From Actinomycetota bacterium (lineage in GTDB: Bacteria; Actinomycetota; Actinomycetes; S36-B12; UBA5976): 64,000 nucleotides of DNA. The stretch is taken from the NCBI GenBank assembly GCA_009923495.1, contig RFTJ01000002.1, forward strand, positions 65,898-129,897. The letters are read 5' to 3'. Positions 59,667 through 64,000 of the stretch are shown here, piece after piece. The notes under the pieces were generated by a model that was not told where the DNA came from, did no database searches, and saw only the letters and a list, made by a program, of their open reading frames with translations. The position numbers were made by a program, and so were the translations under genes. The first letter of the stretch is position 1; the number at the start of each line of letters is the position of its first letter.

Positions 59667-60713
59667 TTAGGAACTTGCGATACCAAGAAGGTGGTTTGCC
59701 TTCAGTTCAGTTTCAAACCATTCGCCAGCCGGGTCGCTATCATAAGTAATGCCAGCGCCGGTGCCAAAACAAATTGTTGGTTCGGCTGCTGATAGTGATT
59801 GCCAGAAGGTGCGAATAGCCACGGCCAATTCAGCGGTATTTTCGTCAACATCTATCCAACCCAAAACGCCGCAATACACCTCTCGTTTCTCTGGCTCGAC
59901 CTGTGAAATTAGTTGTAACGAACTACTCTTTGGCGCTCCACTAACTGAGCCAGCTGGACACATCGCTTGCAAAATCTGTTGCCAGTCAAAGCCGTCGTGC
60001 AATTCACCGGTCACGTCTGAAACTAGGTGCACTAGACCGGGATGTTCCTCTAGCCGCAGCATGTCCGGCACTAAAACTGTCCCGGGCTTACACACATGGG
60101 ACAAATCATTGCGGATTAAATCAACAATCATTACGTTCTCTGCCGAGTCTTTGTCCAGCATATCTTTAGCACTGGTAGCCGTTCCCTTAATTGGACTAGA
60201 TTTCAATAGTCGACCCTGGCGAGATAAGAAAAGCTCTGGCGAAGCGCTAGCAATTTTAATGTCCCGAGATAAACTGGTGACGTTTCTTGGCAGATGGAAG
60301 AGTGTCGCGTGTGGTGCTGGGTTGCCGCTGAGCAGCTTCCTGTAGAGTTCGACGAAATCGAAATTTGGCTCAATGGCCTGTTTCAGGATTCGACAGTAAT
60401 TTGTTTGATAAACCCAGCCGCGCTCTATTGCTCGTCTCACTTCCTCGACACCATTTTCATAGGCCCGCTGGGAAATGTTCGAAGTCCAAAGTTCGCGACG
60501 AGCGCTTGCCGCCGTAACATAAGGGGTAGGTAGCAAATCTGCCAAACTCGATGTTGGTCGGGCGAATTCGAAGCCATAGAACTCGCCTTCAAAGGTTTGC
60601 ATTACTGCCCACCAACCGGATGTTAGCTCTGCGGGATCTTGGCAGACCCGGATCAATTCCGTTGCGATGTGTTCACCAAAGCCGACTACTGCTTGTTCGG
60701 AATTCACACTCAT
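59667..60713 (-). CDS. pabB: Chorismate-binding enzyme, probably aminodeoxychorismate synthase component I (short form)
   Basis: SPELFLSRQGRLLKSSPIKGT (PIKGT Lys as in PabB), IVDLIRND, MCPAGSVSGAPK, GAGITYDSDP. At only 348 aa it lacks the usual N-terminal domain. Confidence 0.7.
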   Translation of the reverse strand: MSVNSEQAVVGFGEHIATELIRVCQDPAELTSGWWAVMQTFEGEFYGFEFARPTSSLADLLPTPYVTAASARRELWTSNISQRAYENGVEEVRRAIERGWVYQTNYCRILKQAIEPNFDFVELYRKLLSGNPAPHATLFHLPRNVTSLSRDIKIASASPELFLSRQGRLLKSSPIKGTATSAKDMLDKDSAENVMIVDLIRNDLSHVCKPGTVLVPDMLRLEEHPGLVHLVSDVTGELHDGFDWQQILQAMCPAGSVSGAPKSSSLQLISQVEPEKREVYCGVLGWIDVDENTAELAVAIRTFWQSLSAAEPTICFGTGAGITYDSDPAGEWFETELKANHLLGIASS

Positions 60714-60804
60714 AGCCTAAGGACTAATTGCAGAGTGGACAGTTTGTCGTTGAAGTTCTTGAAAAATCTATCCCAATAGCAAGAGTGGCACCACACCCCC
60801 GACT

Positions 60805-60833
60805 TTGAAGGTTTGTCGATTTTCAGATAGTCT
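60805..60833 (+). promoter_or_regulatory. Candidate promoter of the tRNA cluster (TTGAAG-N17-TAGTCT)
   Basis: Read directly, 30 nt upstream of the tRNA-Gly 5' end. Confidence 0.3.
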
Positions 60834-60862
60834 TACGCAGGTTGAAGATTAGTTCTTCGCAT

Positions 60863-60935
60863 GCGGACGTGGCTCAGCTGGTAGAGCATCACCTTGCCAA
60901 GGTGAGGGTCGCGGGTTCGAATCCCGTCGTCCGCT
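60863..60935 (+). tRNA. tRNA-Gly (anticodon GCC)
   Basis: GCGGACG acceptor, anticodon arm TCACC-TTGCCAA-GGTGA, T loop GGTTCGAATCC, discriminator T, no encoded CCA. Confidence 0.95.
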
Positions 60936-60955
60936 CGCTTTATTTGTGGAGCATT

Positions 60956-61026
60956 GGTGGAGTGGCCGAGAGGCGAGGCAACGGCCTGCAAAGCCGTGTA
61001 CACGGGTTCAAATCCCGTCTCCACCT
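60956..61026 (+). tRNA. tRNA-Cys (anticodon GCA)
   Basis: GGTGGAG acceptor, anticodon arm ACGGC-CTGCAAA-GCCGT, T loop GGTTCAAATCC, discriminator T. Confidence 0.95.
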
Positions 61027-61030
61027 CGAT

Positions 61031-61107
61031 GGTCGATTGGCGCAGTTGGTTAGCGCGCTTCCTTGACATGGAAGAGGTCACAGGTTCGAGTCCTGTATCG
61101 ACCACCA
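61031..61107 (+). tRNA. tRNA-Val (anticodon GAC), 3' CCA encoded
   Basis: GGTCGAT acceptor, anticodon arm CTTCC-TTGACAT-GGAAG, T loop GGTTCGAGTCC, discriminator A followed by CCA. Confidence 0.95.
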
Positions 61108-61110
61108 GAG

Positions 61111-62109
61111 TCAACTCAAACCAAATTCCCGACTCAGCGCGCTTGAGCGCGATAAAGCTCTCAAATATTTTTTGCGATAGCCCCCCGAAAGCATTTCTGG
61201 ACTGAAGAGTCCACTAAATTCGACTCCGCTATAGGCAATCGGGATTTCTCTGTCATAAAGTCGATCAATTAGAACTACCCAACGCAGTGCAGCCGCTTGA
61301 TTTGTTAATTGTGATACACCTTCTATGCAGATTCCAGCTAGATCTTGTACAAGCATTCCAAAGGCACTGGGATGAACTTTTTGCAAGTGAGCGTTTATGT
61401 CAGAAAATGAATCGAAAGAACAGTTTTCAGTAGCATTTGCGACCTTAATCAAGGAAGATTTGTCTAAAGGCGCTGCTCCCGTCAAGGCATTTCGATGTCG
61501 GTAATCAGGACCATCAATTCGCACAACCTCAAAGTGTGCAGACAACCCCTGAATTTCACGAATGAAGTCATCTGCCGCAAATCGACCTTCGCCTAACCGG
61601 TCTGGCAAAGTGTTGCTCGTCGCCGCTACTCGAACTCCCCTTGCAACCAACTGACCTAGCAGCGTGCTCATGAGAACTGTGTCGCCTGGGTCATCAAGTT
61701 CAAACTCATCAATACAAATCAATTCGAATTGGGCAAGCGTTTCGACGCTCTGCGTGAATCCCAACGCGCCAACTAAATTGGTGTATTCAACGAAACTTCC
61801 ATAACTAGCTCGAGATCCGAACTCCTGCCAAAGAGCCGTCAGGAGGTGAGTCTTACCAACACCGAATCCGCCATCTAAGTAGATGCCGGGTTTTGGCACC
61901 TGAGCCTTAGCGAACCAACTTCGCTTGTGTTCCGCGGTTGTGGCAAACTGCAGCAATCGAGATTTAGCACGGGCTTGAGAGGGAATATCCGGGTCTGCCT
62001 CGTAATTTTCAAAAGTGGTAGTGGCAAACCTCTTTGGTACAACAAAGTCCTTGATTATCTCGGTGGCCTGCACCTGCGGAACTCGATCACACAGACTTTG
62101 CATACCCAT
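61111..62109 (-). CDS. zapE: Cell division protein ZapE (AFG1-like ATPase)
   Basis: Walker A GGFGVGKTHLL, Walker B LICIDEFELDD, and a TSN sensor motif. Confidence 0.88.
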   Translation of the reverse strand: MGMQSLCDRVPQVQATEIIKDFVVPKRFATTTFENYEADPDIPSQARAKSRLLQFATTAEHKRSWFAKAQVPKPGIYLDGGFGVGKTHLLTALWQEFGSRASYGSFVEYTNLVGALGFTQSVETLAQFELICIDEFELDDPGDTVLMSTLLGQLVARGVRVAATSNTLPDRLGEGRFAADDFIREIQGLSAHFEVVRIDGPDYRHRNALTGAAPLDKSSLIKVANATENCSFDSFSDINAHLQKVHPSAFGMLVQDLAGICIEGVSQLTNQAAALRWVVLIDRLYDREIPIAYSGVEFSGLFSPEMLSGGYRKKYLRALSRSSALSREFGLS

Positions 62110-62136
62110 AGCCTAAGGGCATGGGAGAATTTAAGT

Positions 62137-62844
62137 GTGAGCGCAAATCCGAACTTTGAGTCTGTTGATTCCATCGTCGAGTTTTATCGAAACCAAAGCT
62201 CAGATTACCTTCGCGTTAACATGATACTTTCTCTTGACGGAAACTTTGTAGGACCATCAAACTCATCTAAAGACCTAGCAGATGAAACTGATCTGCGAGT
62301 CTTGCTCACATTACGGGCCATGAGCGATGTTGTTCTAGTAGGCGCTAGAACTGCTATCGGCGAAAGGTATCGATACACACAAATTAAGCCAGAACTGACT
62401 GGGTTAGCAGTGCGAAATCCACCATTTTGTTTGGTTAGTCAATCTTTAAACCTTCCAGAAAGCGCACCCATTTTTGCAGATTCAGCACATAAGCCGTTTC
62501 TACTAACCAAGCAGAGCCCTGATCCGCACTGGCAAGACAATCTTGCTCGGCTGTCTGATTTGGCCCACATATCGATCATCTCCAAGTCAGAACTAGACGG
62601 CACTGCAATTCGTCTGACGCTGAATCGTCTTGGCTTTTCAAACATACTTTGTGAAGGAGGGCCAAACCTGTTGGCCACAATGTTCAGAGCACGTGTGGTT
62701 GATGAACTTGACCTCACAATCAGTCCAGCCATTACTGGCAAGCAGGCGCAGCAACCGCCGCTTGGTGACATGCCGATGAACATGCGACTAGCCGCAACGA
62801 ATCAGGTGAACAACTACTTGTTTAATCGATTCCTTCCTGCGTGA
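62137..62844 (+). CDS. RibD C-terminal domain / dihydrofolate reductase-family pyrimidine reductase
   Basis: LRVNMILSLDGNFVG, RAMSDVVLVGARTA, ILCEGGPNLLATM, DELDLTISPAITG. Start set at the in-frame GTG at 62137 (GGGAG 9 nt upstream). The track ORF start at 61927 would overlap zapE by 183 nt. Confidence 0.75.
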   Translation: MSANPNFESVDSIVEFYRNQSSDYLRVNMILSLDGNFVGPSNSSKDLADETDLRVLLTLRAMSDVVLVGARTAIGERYRYTQIKPELTGLAVRNPPFCLVSQSLNLPESAPIFADSAHKPFLLTKQSPDPHWQDNLARLSDLAHISIISKSELDGTAIRLTLNRLGFSNILCEGGPNLLATMFRARVVDELDLTISPAITGKQAQQPPLGDMPMNMRLAATNQVNNYLFNRFLPA

Positions 62845-62859
62845 ATCCAGATTTGGTCT

Positions 62860-62865
62860 TACCCT
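62860..62865 (+). promoter_or_regulatory. Candidate -10 hexamer TACCCT, 6 nt upstream of the msrB ATG with no SD
   Basis: ggtctTACCCTgttcccATG. Confidence 0.3.
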
Positions 62866-62871
62866 GTTCCC

Positions 62872-63273
62872 ATGGATGAAATCACAGAAGACCAATGGCG
62901 AGATAGGCTCACTGCTTTGGAGTTTCACGTATTGCGCCAAGCAGGCACAGAACCAGCATTCACGGGAGAATACACCGACACCGAGACAGTCGGTGTTTAT
63001 CGTTGCCGCGCTTGCAATTCCGAGCTTTTCCGATCGTCCGAGAAATTTCATTCCGGTTGTGGCTGGCCCTCTTTTTTTAAGCCGGGCACTTCGGATGCGG
63101 TAATCGAAATTGACGACTTTTCACATGGGATGATTCGTAGGGAAGTTCGTTGCGCAAATTGCAATTCTCATTTGGGTCACGTTTTTGCCGGTGAGGGATA
63201 CGCAACTCCTACCGATTTGAGGTATTGCATAAATTCGATTTCGCTTAGCTTAGAACCAACTAGCCAGCAGTGA
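62872..63273 (+). CDS. msrB: Peptide-methionine (R)-S-oxide reductase
   Basis: YRCRACNSELF, GCGWPSF, RCANCNSHLGHVF, RYCINS. Confidence 0.95.
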   Translation: MDEITEDQWRDRLTALEFHVLRQAGTEPAFTGEYTDTETVGVYRCRACNSELFRSSEKFHSGCGWPSFFKPGTSDAVIEIDDFSHGMIRREVRCANCNSHLGHVFAGEGYATPTDLRYCINSISLSLEPTSQQ

Positions 63274-64000
63274 TTGCCCCTACCCCAGCGATTGTACAGA
63301 TGACGCCTATGTATTGAACTGGCATGAGTCGCTCTTTCAGAACTGTCCAGGCAAGCACTACCGTCATTACCGGAAAGAGTGAACCAAGTACCGAAACAAT
63401 GGACAGCAGGCCATCTGCTGCTGCAAAAGCAAACAGGATGTTAGCGCTAGCGTCCGTTACCCCGATAACTAGAAGCATTGGAATGTTTCTTACACCAAGT
63501 CCACCAATGCTGCGCATAACCAGCGCAAAGATAACCAATAATGAGACTTGCAAAATCCTCATCGTCGCTATTGTCATAGCCGGATTTCCCGCCTTACCAC
63601 CTTGTGCCATGCAAAAGACACAGGACCCAAAAGTTACGGCCGCAATCAAGGCCAAAATTACCGGACGGCTGCTCGCCTTCGAGTTGAGTTCCGGACCGCT
63701 CGCCAAAATTACACCGGAAACCGCGATGACGATTCCGAGATACTGAACACCAGTGGGCTTATCTCCTGTGACAAGTCCTATGGCTAACGGGATGATTACA
63801 CCCACTGACGAGATCGGGGAAACGATTCCCATCAACCCCGTTGCCAGCGCTGAATAAAAAGCGATGAGTCCAAAAAGGCCTAGTAAGCCGGCACAGAGAC
63901 CCCAGCGTATTGCAGTTTGATCAGAACTGTCCCAGTGCCCTTGAGTAACTGCAAAACCTACTGCCAGGATTAAGCCAAAGATTTGAGAGCCACCAAGTAC
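63260..64000 (-). CDS. EamA/DMT family transporter (5'-partial, continues off-window)
   Basis: Polytopic Gly/Ala/Ile-rich helices. The frame stays open upstream of the track start (63835) all the way to the window end (...GGSQIFGLILAVGFAV...LIAFYSALATG-MGIVSP...). Confidence 0.8.
   Translation of the reverse strand, partial: VLGGSQIFGLILAVGFAVTQGHWDSSDQTAIRWGLCAGLLGLFGLIAFYSALATGLMGIVSPISSVGVIIPLAIGLVTGDKPTGVQYLGIVIAVSGVILASGPELNSKASSRPVILALIAAVTFGSCVFCMAQGGKAGNPAMTIATMRILQVSLLVIFALVMRSIGGLGVRNIPMLLVIGVTDASANILFAFAAADGLLSIVSVLGSLFPVMTVVLAWTVLKERLMPVQYIGVICTIAGVGAITAG

Noticed and set aside
60833-61205. Three track ORFs (60833-61114 minus, 60842-61066 plus, 60954-61205 plus)
   Set aside because: They are translations across the tRNA Gly-Cys-Val cluster. 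The tRNA cloverleaves explain the sequence fully.
61927-62136. Upstream 70-codon extension of the RibD_C reductase ORF
   Set aside because: It would overlap the divergent zapE coding region by 183 nt, and the extension has no homology-like features. The in-frame GTG at 62137 with GGGAG upstream fits the family N-terminus.
1-64000. Search for CRISPR repeats, IS/transposase or integrase genes, prophage, toxin-antitoxin or restriction/defence modules, rRNA, and long direct or inverted repeats
   Set aside because: None was seen. Every ORF over 100 aa that is not a shadow ORF is accounted for by a housekeeping family, and the tRNA genes are not flanked by integrases or att-like duplications.

Overview
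This is a very gene-dense chromosomal core segment from a streamlined, moderate-GC actinobacterium. The taxon is inferred from gene content and synteny only. Gene order follows several conserved Mycobacterium/Streptomyces core blocks joined end to end. Block 1 is dop'-pup-pafA-FKBP-FKBP-pafB-pafC-tatA-tatC-helY-5'nuclease-M24 peptidase-amidohydrolase-lnt-ppm1, converging on rbpA. Block 2 is the glycine-cleavage and division-regulator cluster: glycine riboswitch-gcvP, MerR, DUF151 nuclease, FtsR-like MerR, garA-like FHA, gcvH, DUF881-SBP-DUF881, a CDP-alcohol phosphatidyltransferase and pdtaR. Block 3 is a long minus-strand run: nusB-efp-pepQ-aroQ-aroB-aroK-aroC-(prepilin peptidase)-aroE-mltG-ruvX-alaS-rarA-aspS-hisS-MBL hydrolase. 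Block 4 is ppiB-like cyclophilin and DUF349, then relA-apt-secF-secD, ruvB-ruvA-ruvC with a LexA box, yebC-pdxT-pdxS, pimA-patA-pgsA1, an EF-G-like remnant, HIT, thrS and pabC-pabB. Block 5 is a tRNA Gly-Cys-Val cluster, zapE, a RibD_C reductase, msrB and a partial EamA transporter. I saw no mobile element, CRISPR array, prophage, toxin-antitoxin pair or defence island, and I cannot honestly point to a new multi-gene system here. Six items deserve a second look. (a) A well-formed 74-nt tRNA folds by hand with a CAA (Leu) anticodon but a class I short variable loop. (b) The pupylation locus has no 20S proteasome genes between pup and pafA. (c) A GarA/OdhI-type FHA protein carries an N-terminal zinc ribbon. 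(d) A half-length EF-G2-like protein has lost all GTP-binding motifs. (e) There is a single-aptamer glycine riboswitch, several candidate operators, and a LexA box. (f) TANNNT hexamers recur 6-8 nt upstream of start codons, which suggests leaderless mRNAs. CDS coordinates follow the supplied ORF track. Some starts were moved by codon arithmetic where an SD sequence, start/stop coupling or homology supports a shorter protein.
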